Notes: a model not told the origin generated them from the sequence alone. A DNA stretch of 64,000 bases from Candidatus Omnitrophota bacterium (GCA_030650425.1 JAUSED010000003.1:7903-71902), one strand, 5' to 3'; positions 32,660 through 42,584 are shown, numbered from the stretch's first letter. Translations and numbers: made by a program.

Positions 32660-33268
32660 ATGAAAAAAATATTTTTGGTAATAGCGTTATTCTTCGGCGC
32701 AATGGGGATAAGCTTTGCCGCAGCTGAAAATTTGTTAGTCGACGATTTTGAAATTAGCGTATCCAGCGGCCCGAACGGCACAGTTGATTTTGGCGCGGGG
32801 AATGGCTCTACTGTAAACGTTACCGCAGCTGCCGAAGTTAAAAATACCGGGAAGCAGGCCCTTAAGGTAGATTTTGACGCGGTTACCGGCGGCTATATGT
32901 ACGTTGCCCGGGGAGAAGGATTGGACGCTCATAATACCGGATGGTTGGTTAGTCCCGAGGATATCAAGTGGCATGATTATAAGGCATTTTCTTTCTACAT
33001 GTATGGCTCGGATTCCAAAGGTAAGGTAGCTTTTGATATTAAAGATAATGCTAATGAAGTTTGGCGTTTTATCGTTGAGGATAATTTTGAGGGCTGGAGG
33101 CAGATTATTTGTAATTTCGAGCAATTTACCGCCAGAGGAGATTGGCAGCCGCAAAACGCCGATAATAACGCTGTGCTTAATTTTCCGGTGAGGTCTTTTC
33201 AATTCGAACCGCTTCCTCCGTTAAAAGGGACCATTTATCTTGATACTGTGGAATTAGTTAAAAAATGA
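32660..33268 (+). CDS. Secreted carbohydrate-binding-like (CBM11-type) protein
   Basis: Signal peptide, LVDDFE, FSFYMYG, GW, GTIYLD pattern. Confidence 0.6.
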   Translation: MKKIFLVIALFFGAMGISFAAAENLLVDDFEISVSSGPNGTVDFGAGNGSTVNVTAAAEVKNTGKQALKVDFDAVTGGYMYVARGEGLDAHNTGWLVSPEDIKWHDYKAFSFYMYGSDSKGKVAFDIKDNANEVWRFIVEDNFEGWRQIICNFEQFTARGDWQPQNADNNAVLNFPVRSFQFEPLPPLKGTIYLDTVELVKK

Positions 33269-34197
33269 TCATTGACGCGCATAGCCATTGGCTGCCGGAA
33301 GAAATAATTTCCAATGCCCATTTTTTTTCCAAAAGCTGGGGTGAGATCGAGCATCAGCTTGAGGCAATGGATGAAGCAGGGATTGATCAAGCCGTTCTCT
33401 CATATCCTACTTCCGACGCCCATCTTAAGTTAGGGAGTATTTCACTGGTTGCCCGGATTTTTAATGATAATGTAGCCAAAATCCTCAAAAAATATCCGGA
33501 CAGATTTATTGGCGCGGCAGTCCTGCCAGTGGACAACGGGAAGGATATGCAAGAGGAGGCTAAGCGGGCTATAGAAAAACTAGGGTTTAAGGCCTTCTCT
33601 TTGGCGAGCAGCTACAATGCTGTATATCTGGACGATCAGATCTTCTTACCTATATATAAGCTGGCGCAGGATGAGCATATACCGATTTTTGTGCATTCTC
33701 AGATTGTTAAGCCCATTGGCATCGAGCGCGTAAACGACCCGCTGCTTACCCCGGTAATCGAATATGTTTTTGATATGACGGTGTGTATTGGTAAGCTGCT
33801 GATGTCGGATATTTTACGCGATTATAAAACGAAATTTATCTTTGCATCTTTTGGCGGGGTAATTCCGTTTATAGCGCATAGGTTTGACGCGACCTACCAG
33901 ATGCTGCGGGGGATTAATTTTGTCAAAGACCTGCAAGCAATGCCTACAGAATTATTGAAGTATATTTATGTGGATACCAGCGGAGATAAGACCAAGGCGA
34001 ATTTTCAGGCAGCCTTGGAGTTACTCGGGCCAAAACATATTCTCTGGGGAAGCGATTGGCCAGCCAAAAAAGATATCGCCGCAGGAATGCAGGCGGTTAA
34101 AAATTTAGATATATCTAACGAAGACAAGCATAATATTTTAGGCGGTAATTTAGAACAGTTCTTGAACAGTAGGGGACATTTTCCGTCAGGGCTCTAA
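33265..34197 (+). CDS. Amidohydrolase-2 family protein (possible decarboxylase/hydrolase)
   Basis: IDAHSH, PIFVH, WGSDWP; C-terminus runs into a family-2 repeat. Confidence 0.85.
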   Translation: MIIDAHSHWLPEEIISNAHFFSKSWGEIEHQLEAMDEAGIDQAVLSYPTSDAHLKLGSISLVARIFNDNVAKILKKYPDRFIGAAVLPVDNGKDMQEEAKRAIEKLGFKAFSLASSYNAVYLDDQIFLPIYKLAQDEHIPIFVHSQIVKPIGIERVNDPLLTPVIEYVFDMTVCIGKLLMSDILRDYKTKFIFASFGGVIPFIAHRFDATYQMLRGINFVKDLQAMPTELLKYIYVDTSGDKTKANFQAALELLGPKHILWGSDWPAKKDIAAGMQAVKNLDISNEDKHNILGGNLEQFLNSRGHFPSGL

Positions 34198-34229
34198 GAG
34201 GAGCCTCAAAAGGAAAGTGTCCTCTACTG
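34167..34229. repeat. Family-2 element
   Basis: CAGTAGGGGACATTTTCC-27nt-GGAAAGTGTCCTCTACTG. Confidence 0.88.
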
Positions 34230-34261
34230 ACTCAAACGGAAATTCATTAAGAGAAAACATT

Positions 34262-34636
34262 ATGACTAAATTTTTTAATTTGATTATCGGCGGGGCGGTG
34301 GGAACAATTGCCAGATATCTCTTGGCCGGTGTTGTGTATAGGTATATGGGGACGAGTTTTCCTTACGGGACGCTGATAGTAAATATTTCCGGATGTTTTA
34401 TCTTAGGGGTTTTGGCATCTTTGGCGGATAAGAAATTTATCCTCGGGCCTGACGCCCGAATTTTACTGATGATTGGTTTTTGCGGCGCGTTTACTACTTT
34501 TTCAACCTTGATCTTTGAGACGGATAATCTTGTCAGGAATGGCCAGGCAATGCGTGCTTTTACCAATATCTTTGTGAGCGTGATTTTAGGCTTTATTTTA
34601 TTTAGGGTTGGTTCTTTAATCGGCGAAATTATTTAA
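34262..34636 (+). CDS. crcB: Fluoride efflux channel CrcB/Fluc
   Basis: GGAVGTIARY, FPYGTLIVN, GFCGAFTTFST. Confidence 0.95.
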   Translation: MTKFFNLIIGGAVGTIARYLLAGVVYRYMGTSFPYGTLIVNISGCFILGVLASLADKKFILGPDARILLMIGFCGAFTTFSTLIFETDNLVRNGQAMRAFTNIFVSVILGFILFRVGSLIGEII

Positions 34637-34649
34637 ATAGGGGGTAAAG

Positions 34650-34979
34650 ATGAAAATTCCTGCGGACGGTAAACTCTTAAGGATTTTTGTGGGCGAAGCG
34701 GATAAGTGGAATGGCAAGCCGCTTTATGAGGAAATTGTACTTTTGGCTAAAAAAGAAGGCTTAGCCGGCGCAACCGCGCTAAAAGGGTTTATGGGTTTTG
34801 GATGTAAGAGCCATATGCATACCGCCAACCTGCTTAGGCTCTCCGAAGACCTACCGATTATTATTGAAATCGTAGATAGCGAGGATAAAATTAACCGTTT
34901 TATACCGCAACTGGATAAAATGGTCAAAGAAGGTCTGATTACTCTGGAAAAGGCTAACGTAATTATGTATCGCGCGTAA
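34650..34979 (+). CDS. DUF190 (PII-like) protein
   Basis: LRIFVGE, GLAGAT, GFG, LSEDLPIIIEIVD. Confidence 0.9.
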   Translation: MKIPADGKLLRIFVGEADKWNGKPLYEEIVLLAKKEGLAGATALKGFMGFGCKSHMHTANLLRLSEDLPIIIEIVDSEDKINRFIPQLDKMVKEGLITLEKANVIMYRA

Positions 34980-34997
34980 AAATAAGGAGAAATAAAT

Positions 34998-35747
34998 ATG
35001 CAAATGATTAAAGATGTGCATTTGACAGGAAAAGATTTGACGGAGATGGTGCAGCTGAGGCCGCAGGATGTCGCTAAATATGCGATTGTCCCCGGGCCAA
35101 GGGATAGGCTGGATGTCTTAATCAAAAAGATAGAAAATCCGGTGCGTAATTTTTCATTCATGGAGTACACGATGTATACCGGGACCTACCAAGGAATAAA
35201 AGTAACCGCAATTAACGGCGGCAGGTTCTCAACGGATACCTCGATTACCACCGAAGTAATCTGTAACGCGAAAATTGAAAACATCATTCGTGTAGGCACC
35301 GCCGGCAGTTTGGATGAAAATATAAAAGTAGGGGATTTGTTCGTGGTGGATGAAGTAATTCGCGGAGACGGGGTTACGCCATATTACGTGGATAAGAATT
35401 TTAAGACCGTAGCGGATAAGCAAATCGCCGATACCCTCTATGGAATCGGTAAAGATATGGGCTTAAACATCCATCGGGGTAAGGCTTGGACTACGGACGC
35501 GCTTTTACGCGAGACCAGAGAAATTGTCGAAGCCAAGCGTAAAGAGGGGGCAAGGGCGGTTGATATGGTCTCTTCAACACTGTTGACCATTGCCCAGACT
35601 TATAATATTAAAGCCGGCTCAATTTTAGCGGTCAGTGATAATGTTATTACGGGCGAAATGGGCTTTATGAACCCCCTTTATTATATGGCGGAGTCAAATA
35701 TTTTGAAAATAGCTTTAGAGGCAGTGGTAAAATTAGAGGGAAAATGA
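34998..35747 (+). CDS. Nucleoside phosphorylase (PNP/UDP family)
   Basis: PGPRDR, IIRVGTAG, RGDG, WTTDALLRET, AVDM, VSDN. Confidence 0.85.
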   Translation: MQMIKDVHLTGKDLTEMVQLRPQDVAKYAIVPGPRDRLDVLIKKIENPVRNFSFMEYTMYTGTYQGIKVTAINGGRFSTDTSITTEVICNAKIENIIRVGTAGSLDENIKVGDLFVVDEVIRGDGVTPYYVDKNFKTVADKQIADTLYGIGKDMGLNIHRGKAWTTDALLRETREIVEAKRKEGARAVDMVSSTLLTIAQTYNIKAGSILAVSDNVITGEMGFMNPLYYMAESNILKIALEAVVKLEGK

Positions 35748-36670
35748 AATTTTCTCCGTTATTTTGGCCGATTCAGTTCAAGAATGGCGTAATTTATATC
35801 CTTGATGAAACTCTCCTTCCGCATAAGCTTGCCTATATAAAGGCCAGAAACTATCAGCAGGCCTGCCGCGCGATCAAAGAGATGAAGACCCGCGCCGTTG
35901 GGCAAGTGCTCTTAGTGATGTATATTTTCCTGCAGTTAATTAAGCAGAAAAAGCAGAAAGATTTAGCCAAAGTAACCAAAGCCATTAACGCCACCCGGCC
36001 AACCTTATCTTTTAAATTTTTAACCGACATGGTTTTAGGTTGGGCTAAAGGCAAGGCGCCTTTAGAAAAATGTATTTTAGGATTTTTGGAAGGATTAAGA
36101 TGCAGCCGTATTCAACAGGCGGAAGAAGCAGCTAAGTTAATTAAAAACGGTGATTGCATACTGACGCATTGCAATGTCAGCGGCCTTATGCCTTTGATTG
36201 GAGAAATTTGCCGTAAGCAGGGGAAGAAGGTAAGTTTCTTTACCACCGAGACCCGTCCGTATCTGCAGGGTTCACGTTTAACTGCTTGGGAATTGCAAAA
36301 CGCGGGATTTGAGGTAACGATCATCACCGATGGGATGGTCGCCGCGGTTATGTCGCAGGGTAAAGTGAACAGAGTCATTGTCGGAGCGGATCATTTGGCG
36401 CGAAACGGCGATATTGCCAATAAAGTCGGCACCTACGCCATCGCGGTATTAGCCAGGCATTTCAAGCTTCCTTTTTATGTTTTATGCCCGCCGGCATCGC
36501 AATTAAAGAGCGGCAAAGAGATAAAGATAGAAATCCGTCCGGATAAAGAAATGTTGGAGTATCAGGGATTGAGGCTTGCGCCCAAAGGCGTAAAAGGGTA
36601 TTATCCGGCATTTGATATTACGCCTAGTAAATTAATTACCAAACATATACCTTTGGAGATCAAAAGATGA
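35744..36670 (+). CDS. mtnA: Methylthioribose/5-deoxyribose-1-phosphate isomerase-like (divergent MtnA)
   Basis: LDETLLP, TRPT, THCN, ETRPYLQGSRLTAWEL, NGDIANKVGT, AFDITP. Confidence 0.85.
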   Translation: MKFSPLFWPIQFKNGVIYILDETLLPHKLAYIKARNYQQACRAIKEMKTRAVGQVLLVMYIFLQLIKQKKQKDLAKVTKAINATRPTLSFKFLTDMVLGWAKGKAPLEKCILGFLEGLRCSRIQQAEEAAKLIKNGDCILTHCNVSGLMPLIGEICRKQGKKVSFFTTETRPYLQGSRLTAWELQNAGFEVTIITDGMVAAVMSQGKVNRVIVGADHLARNGDIANKVGTYAIAVLARHFKLPFYVLCPPASQLKSGKEIKIEIRPDKEMLEYQGLRLAPKGVKGYYPAFDITPSKLITKHIPLEIKR

Positions 36671-37668
36671 TTTTCTGCAAAGAAAAGTCGATAAAAAAAG
36701 AAATTATCAAGATCGGCGCGCGGCTCTATCAAACCGGCTTGGCTGTGGCTAAGTCCGGGAATATCAGCAGCCGGCTTGACGATAAGAATATACTGATTAC
36801 CGCGACCGGGACATCTTTGGGGAATTTAAAATATCAGGATATCGTAAAAGTAAATTCGAATTCCTTAAGCTCGTCTGGCGTAAGTAAGCCAAGTTCAGAA
36901 TTGCCCTTGCACGCGTTAATCCATAAAAACTTTAGCGCTAAAACCATTCTCCACGCTCACCCTCCCTTAATCAACGGATATTTTGCGGTTTATTCCGAGA
37001 TCAAAGCGCTTACCTTTGAAACCAAGCTTTATCTGGGGAATGTTCCGGTTGTGCCTCAGGAGACTCCGGCGGTAACTAATCCGGAAGCAGTGGTTGAGGC
37101 CTTAAAATCCAGCAATCTGGTAGTCTTAAAAAATCATGGGGTAATCGCTGTCACGGATCAATTTTCTGACGGATTGAATCTAATCGAAGCCTTAGAAGAG
37201 GCAGTGCGGAGCGCGGCAGTAGCGAGAATTTTTAATAAAACAGCTCTGGACGATTTGGACAAGGCGTTCAAACAGGACATTACCCAGAATGCCGCGTTCC
37301 CGATGTTTTCCAAGGAGCATATTCAGGCAATCGTAGAGCTGGTAAATAAAGATGAATTTATCGCTCAAAAGGGAAAAGAACTGGATTTAACGGTGCAGCT
37401 GGCTATAAAATTAGACGAAAGTGATCAGGCCTATAAATTTAATTTTGAGCAAGGCAAAATCATTCGTTTAGATTCTGATATTGACGCGCCGTTTGTGATT
37501 TCTGCTCCGGGGCAGGTCTGGGAACTGGTATTTTTGGGGAAATTAGATTCATTTGTCGCGGTCACACAAGGAAAGATGAAATTAAAGGGTGATCTGGGTA
37601 AACTTTCTCGTTGGTATGTGCCTTTTACCCGTTTATTTGAATTATTCAGGCAGGTGAGGATAAAATAG
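36667..37668 (+). CDS. Class II aldolase fused to a C-terminal SCP2-like domain
   Basis: SGNIS, PSSELPLH, HAHP, LKNHG; C-terminal GKLDSFVAVTQGKMKLKGDL. Confidence 0.8.
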   Translation: MIFCKEKSIKKEIIKIGARLYQTGLAVAKSGNISSRLDDKNILITATGTSLGNLKYQDIVKVNSNSLSSSGVSKPSSELPLHALIHKNFSAKTILHAHPPLINGYFAVYSEIKALTFETKLYLGNVPVVPQETPAVTNPEAVVEALKSSNLVVLKNHGVIAVTDQFSDGLNLIEALEEAVRSAAVARIFNKTALDDLDKAFKQDITQNAAFPMFSKEHIQAIVELVNKDEFIAQKGKELDLTVQLAIKLDESDQAYKFNFEQGKIIRLDSDIDAPFVISAPGQVWELVFLGKLDSFVAVTQGKMKLKGDLGKLSRWYVPFTRLFELFRQVRIK

Positions 37669-37678
37669 GAGGTAGGAA

Positions 37679-38476
37679 ATGGATTGGGGAATGAAGAATC
37701 GCCTTAGCAGATTAATTCAACCGGATGGCCGCTGTTTTTTTATGCCTATCGATCACGGTTATTTTCAGGGCCCGACCAGCTGCTTGGAAAAACCCGCGCA
37801 AACAATTAAACCTTTGCTTCCTTATTTTGACGCGCTTTTTGTTACCCGCGGAGTTTTACGTTCGGTAATCGATCCGGGTTTCAATAAGCCAATCATTTTA
37901 AGGGTTTCCGGAGGAACGAGTATGGTGGGAAAAGATTTAGCCAATGAAGAGATCACCACTTCCATCGAGGAAATTATCCGGCTTAACGCGGCCGCGGTAG
38001 GCGTATCTATTTTTGTCGGGAGCGACTACGAAAAACAGACCTTGCTTAATCTGGCAAAATTAGTTAATGAATGCGGAAATTATGGTATTCCGGTAATGGC
38101 CGTTACTGCCGTGGGTAAGGAACTCGAAAAGAGGGATGCCCGCTATCTGGGTTTGTGCTGCCGGATTGCCGCGGAATTAGGCGCGGCCGTAGTCAAAACC
38201 TACTGGTGCGAGAAAGATTTTGATAAGGTAGTCAAGGGCTGCCCTGTTCCGGTGGTGATTGCCGGCGGCCCAAAATGCGCGTCCGAGGTTGATGTATTTA
38301 AATTTGTCTATGACGGAATGCAGAAGGGGGCGATCGGGATAAATTTAGGAAGGAATGTCTGGCAGAGCCCTCATCCGGAAGCTGTTGCAGCGGCGCTGCG
38401 GGCGATTATCCACGAAAAAGCGGATGTAAAAAAGGCGGGGAAAATTTTCGACGAAATTAAAAATAAAAATAAGTAA
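37679..38476 (+). CDS. lsrF: LsrF-like class I aldolase/thiolase
   Basis: MDWGMKNRL, DHGYFQGP, AELGA..VKTY, IAGG, GRNVWQ. Confidence 0.85.
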   Translation: MDWGMKNRLSRLIQPDGRCFFMPIDHGYFQGPTSCLEKPAQTIKPLLPYFDALFVTRGVLRSVIDPGFNKPIILRVSGGTSMVGKDLANEEITTSIEEIIRLNAAAVGVSIFVGSDYEKQTLLNLAKLVNECGNYGIPVMAVTAVGKELEKRDARYLGLCCRIAAELGAAVVKTYWCEKDFDKVVKGCPVPVVIAGGPKCASEVDVFKFVYDGMQKGAIGINLGRNVWQSPHPEAVAAALRAIIHEKADVKKAGKIFDEIKNKNK

Positions 38477-38489
38477 GGAGTTCAGGGGT

Positions 38490-39509
38490 ATGCGCGTAGC
38501 GATGTATTACAATAACAGGGATGTTAGGATCGAAGACCTGCCTGAGCCTAAGATCAGCGACACCGAGTTATTGGTTAAGGTAAAGGCAAGCGGAATCTGC
38601 GGGAGCGATGTTTTGGAATGGTACAGGGTAAAAAAAGCGCCGCTTGTCCTCGGCCATGAGATCGCCGGAGAAATTGCTAAAATAGGCAAAGATGTAAAAG
38701 GCTTTCAAATCGGTGACCGGGTTTTTGTTTCGCACCATGTGCCCTGCAACACCTGTTACTATTGCCTAAATGGGAATCATACTGTTTGCGAAACTTTGCA
38801 TACGACCAATTATTATCCCGGGGGGTTTGCGGAATATATCAGAGTTCCGTCAATTAATGTTGAGCGGGGAGTATTTTTACTGCCGGATGAAATATCTTTT
38901 GAAGAGGGGACTTTTGTCGAACCGCTCGCCTGCGTTTTGCGCGGGCAGAGGATGATCAACATTAAACCCGGGCAAAGCATACTTATTTTAGGAGGAGGCA
39001 TTTCCGGATTATTGCACCTTTTGGCTGCGCGCGCTCAGGGAGCCGGCCGGATCATCGTAACGGATATCAGCGAATACCGCCTGAAAATGGCTAAAAGCCT
39101 GGGGGCTGATAGTGTGATTAATGCCAAAGAGGATGTTACGGTAATGCTGCGTAAGGCTAACCATAACCGTCTTAGTGATCAGGTGATTATTTGTACCGGA
39201 GCAACTTCGGCATTTATGCAATCTTTGCAATGCGTTGAGCGGGCAGGGACTATTTTGTGTTTCGCCGCAACTTTGCCGGGAGTAACTTTACCGGTTCCGG
39301 TGAATGATTTCTGGCGCAATAGCGTCAAGATTATGCATTCTTACGGCGCTGCGCCCGTAGATATAACGCAGGCAATAGAATTGTTACGCGCCAAAGTTGT
39401 GGAGGTCAAGAAGTTAATCACCCACTCTTTAGAGCTAGCGGAAGCAGCTAAAGGCTTTCAGCTGGCGGCCGAAGCAAAAGAATGCGTTAAGGTAATCCTT
39501 AAGCCATGA
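38490..39509 (+). CDS. Zinc-dependent alcohol/polyol dehydrogenase
   Basis: GICGSD, GHE, CNTCYYC..C, EPLAC. Confidence 0.9.
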   Translation: MRVAMYYNNRDVRIEDLPEPKISDTELLVKVKASGICGSDVLEWYRVKKAPLVLGHEIAGEIAKIGKDVKGFQIGDRVFVSHHVPCNTCYYCLNGNHTVCETLHTTNYYPGGFAEYIRVPSINVERGVFLLPDEISFEEGTFVEPLACVLRGQRMINIKPGQSILILGGGISGLLHLLAARAQGAGRIIVTDISEYRLKMAKSLGADSVINAKEDVTVMLRKANHNRLSDQVIICTGATSAFMQSLQCVERAGTILCFAATLPGVTLPVPVNDFWRNSVKIMHSYGAAPVDITQAIELLRAKVVEVKKLITHSLELAEAAKGFQLAAEAKECVKVILKP

Positions 39510-40987
39510 GTACGGATCTATTTATCAACGGTGAATTTAAAGAGGCAAAAGAAAAGCAGAATATCATTAATCCCTCTACCGGGAAGGCGATTGCGCAGGC
39601 AGGGGTTGCTTCTTTAAAAGATGTAGATTCAGCGATTGCCGGCGCCAGGGCCGCCTTTGATCAAGGAGAGTGGCCGCGATTATCATTAGCCGAACGCAAG
39701 GATTTTATTTCCAAGATTAGCCAAGGTATTTTAGATAACGCCGGAGAGCTGGCGGAGTTAGAGAGCCTAAACACCGGTAAGCCGATTAAAGAAACAACTT
39801 TTATGGATATTCCCTCGGCCGCGAAAACCTTTGAGTATGCCGCTAATAACTTTGAAAGATTCTTGAGCAGCGAGGAGTTGAATGTTTCAGGCAAAGCAAA
39901 GGCAGTTTTAAGGCGCGAGCCCGTCGGGGTCGTAGTTTTAATTGTCCCCTGGAATTATCCGCTTTTAATCGCCTGCTGGAAATTGGCGTCAGCTTTAGCC
40001 GCGGGAAATACGGTAATCCTTAAGCCCTCCAGCCTTACCCCGTTAAGCGCGCTTAAATTAGCCGGCATCGCGCATACTGCCGGTATTCCCGCCGGAGTGG
40101 TGAATGTGATCAATGGAAGCGGAGATAAAATCGGCGCAGCGCTTTGCGCGGATAGAAGAATAGATATGCTTTCTTTTACCGGTAGTAATGAGGTGGGGAG
40201 GAAAATTCTTGAATACTCTTCGCAGAATATAAAGAAATCGATTATGGAGTTGGGCGGAAAAAGCGCCAGTTTAATTTTTAACGATGCTGATTTAGATACC
40301 GCGGTGAACAGCTCGCTAGTATCAATATTTCTAAATCAGGGCCAGATGTGCACAGCGATGTCGCGCATCTTTGTTCAAGACAGCCTATATGATAAATTTG
40401 TAGTTAGTTTTGTAGAAAAGGCCAGGACCATAAAACTCGGTCCCGCGGATAGCCACGAAACTCAGATGGGCCCACTAATTAGCGAAAATCAGCGTAAAAG
40501 AGTGATTGCCTTTGTCGAAAAGGCTAAGGCCGAAGGCGCGCAGGTTTTGTGCGGCGGAAAAATCCCGCAAGATCCCGCGCTCAAAAATGGGTTTTTCTTT
40601 GAACCTACGGTGATCATTGATGTTAAGCCGCAAATGACTATATCCAAAGAAGAGGTTTTCGGCCCTGTTGTTACGATTAGCAGGTTTTCTAATAGCGATG
40701 AGGCAGTGAAGTTAGCTAACGCAAGCGATTTTGGATTAGCAGCCTGTATTTGGAGTAAAGATATAAATTTTGCTGAAAGAGTAGCCTGCCAGCTTAATAG
40801 CGGAACAGTCTGGATTAATACTTATGGCATGTTTTATAATCAGCTTCCTTACGGTGGATTCAAGCAGAGTGGTTTTGGTAAAGAATTAGGGAGGGAGGGG
40901 TTTCTCGAATATACCCGTCTTAAAAATATAATCATCGATCAGTCAGCCGATAGCAGGCCATTGGTCAATTACTGGTACGGTTTCTAA
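39506..40987 (+). CDS. NAD(P)-dependent aldehyde dehydrogenase
   Basis: PWNYP, FTGS, ELGGK, GQMC, EEVFGP, PYGGFKQSG. Confidence 0.95.
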   Translation: MSTDLFINGEFKEAKEKQNIINPSTGKAIAQAGVASLKDVDSAIAGARAAFDQGEWPRLSLAERKDFISKISQGILDNAGELAELESLNTGKPIKETTFMDIPSAAKTFEYAANNFERFLSSEELNVSGKAKAVLRREPVGVVVLIVPWNYPLLIACWKLASALAAGNTVILKPSSLTPLSALKLAGIAHTAGIPAGVVNVINGSGDKIGAALCADRRIDMLSFTGSNEVGRKILEYSSQNIKKSIMELGGKSASLIFNDADLDTAVNSSLVSIFLNQGQMCTAMSRIFVQDSLYDKFVVSFVEKARTIKLGPADSHETQMGPLISENQRKRVIAFVEKAKAEGAQVLCGGKIPQDPALKNGFFFEPTVIIDVKPQMTISKEEVFGPVVTISRFSNSDEAVKLANASDFGLAACIWSKDINFAERVACQLNSGTVWINTYGMFYNQLPYGGFKQSGFGKELGREGFLEYTRLKNIIIDQSADSRPLVNYWYGF

Positions 40988-40991
40988 AATA

Positions 40992-41711
40992 ATGAGGAAA
41001 TACATTTTATCTGTCTGGTTTTGGATAGGCAGCGCAATATTGACGATAATTTTATTTTTTGTCGTGCTGCTTCTTGCGGTCATTCTCCTTCCTTTTGATA
41101 AAAAAAGAAAAGTTGCTCACGCGCAATGTTTCTGGTGGTCGGATTGCGTAATCAAACTGAATCCCTATTGGAGATTGCGTGTTGAGGGCTTAGAGAATAT
41201 CGATCATCACAAGACATATGTGGTGATTGCCAATCATCAGAGTATGGCCGATATAGCTGTGCTTTATCAGACGCGCATGCAATTTAAGTGGGTCTCCAAA
41301 AAAAGCCTTTTCAATGTTCCTTTTATCGGGTGGTGCCTTACGCTCACTAAGCATATCAAGTTGGAGCGGGGAGAATTTTCCAGTATTAAAAAAGTATACC
41401 GCGAGGCGGCGGAATGGCTGAGAAAGGATATATCGGTATTATTTTTTCCGGAGGGGACACGCAGCGATACCGGCCAGATGAATGTCTTTCAAAACGGCGC
41501 CTTTAAGTTAGCGATAAAAGAAAAGAGGCCTATACTTCCTATCCGCATCCAGGGAACGCGCGAGGCCATTCCTAAAGGCAGCTGGGTTTTTAACGCGAAA
41601 GTTTTGGTGACCATTACTGTCCTCCCTGCTGTTGAAACAGGTTCATTAAATCCGGCTGATTTTGCCAGCCTTAGGGATACGGTTTTTAAGAGAATTAGTG
41701 GTATAATATAG
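40992..41711 (+). CDS. Lysophospholipid acyltransferase (PlsC-like)
   Basis: NHQSMAD, FPEGTRS. Confidence 0.9.
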   Translation: MRKYILSVWFWIGSAILTIILFFVVLLLAVILLPFDKKRKVAHAQCFWWSDCVIKLNPYWRLRVEGLENIDHHKTYVVIANHQSMADIAVLYQTRMQFKWVSKKSLFNVPFIGWCLTLTKHIKLERGEFSSIKKVYREAAEWLRKDISVLFFPEGTRSDTGQMNVFQNGAFKLAIKEKRPILPIRIQGTREAIPKGSWVFNAKVLVTITVLPAVETGSLNPADFASLRDTVFKRISGII

Positions 41712-41724
41712 AAAAGGGGCCAGA

Positions 41725-42567
41725 ATGGATACTTATATACTTTTATTCCAGTGCAGGGACCAAAGAGGGATTGTAGCCAAGATTTCTGATTTTATTTTCA
41801 AACATGGCGGGAACATTGTTACCGCTGATCAATACTCCACTGATTTCCAGAAAGGTTATTTCTTTATCAGGCTGGAATTTGTAGTAGGCACTAAACCCGG
41901 GATAAAAGCCGGCCTGGAAAGAGGTTTAGGCCTGATTGCCAAGGGCTTTAGCGCCAAGTTTTCGCTTCATGATAAAAATAAACCCCTGCGCATGGGGGTA
42001 TTGGTTTCCAAGCCCAGCCATTGCCTGGCCGAAATATTGTATTTATGGCAGGAGAAAGAACTGCGTTTGGAAATACCTTTTGTAATCAGTAATTTCGCGG
42101 GGCACGCTGAACTCGTCAAGCAATACAAGATCCCTTTTTATTTTATTCCGGCGGAAAGCAAGGACAGGAAAGAAGCTGAGTTATTGAAGTTAGTCTCAGA
42201 GAAAACCGACTTTCTGGTTTTAGCCCGTTATATGCTCCTGCTTTCCCGAAAATTCCTTGGCGCTTACGGTAAAGAGATCCTCAATATCCATCACGGATTC
42301 CTGCCTTCGTTTAAAGGGCGCAATCCTTATCGGCAGGCGCTTTCCAGCGGAGTGAAGATAATCGGAGCAACCAGCCATTTTGTGACTGAGAGACTTGACG
42401 AAGGCCCGATGATCGCCCAGGAGGTAGAGAGTATTTCGCATAAAGATAGCTTAGCTGACCTGACGCGCAAAGGGAAGAATTTGGAAAAGAAGGCCCTAAT
42501 TGACGCGATTTGCGCCTACGTGGATTACCGCGTGATTAAATTCGATAATAAAACCATAGTTTTTTAG
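41725..42567 (+). CDS. purU: Formyltetrahydrofolate deformylase
   Basis: ACT domain, LARYM, NIHHGFLP, GATSHFVT..LDEGP. Confidence 0.92.
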   Translation: MDTYILLFQCRDQRGIVAKISDFIFKHGGNIVTADQYSTDFQKGYFFIRLEFVVGTKPGIKAGLERGLGLIAKGFSAKFSLHDKNKPLRMGVLVSKPSHCLAEILYLWQEKELRLEIPFVISNFAGHAELVKQYKIPFYFIPAESKDRKEAELLKLVSEKTDFLVLARYMLLLSRKFLGAYGKEILNIHHGFLPSFKGRNPYRQALSSGVKIIGATSHFVTERLDEGPMIAQEVESISHKDSLADLTRKGKNLEKKALIDAICAYVDYRVIKFDNKTIVF

Positions 42568-42584
42568 CTAGAGGGATTAACCCG

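Noticed and set aside
34198-34261. Fluoride riboswitch upstream of crcB
   Set aside because: No GGCGATGG/CTGATGAC-type consensus seen; the space is occupied by a family-2 repeat
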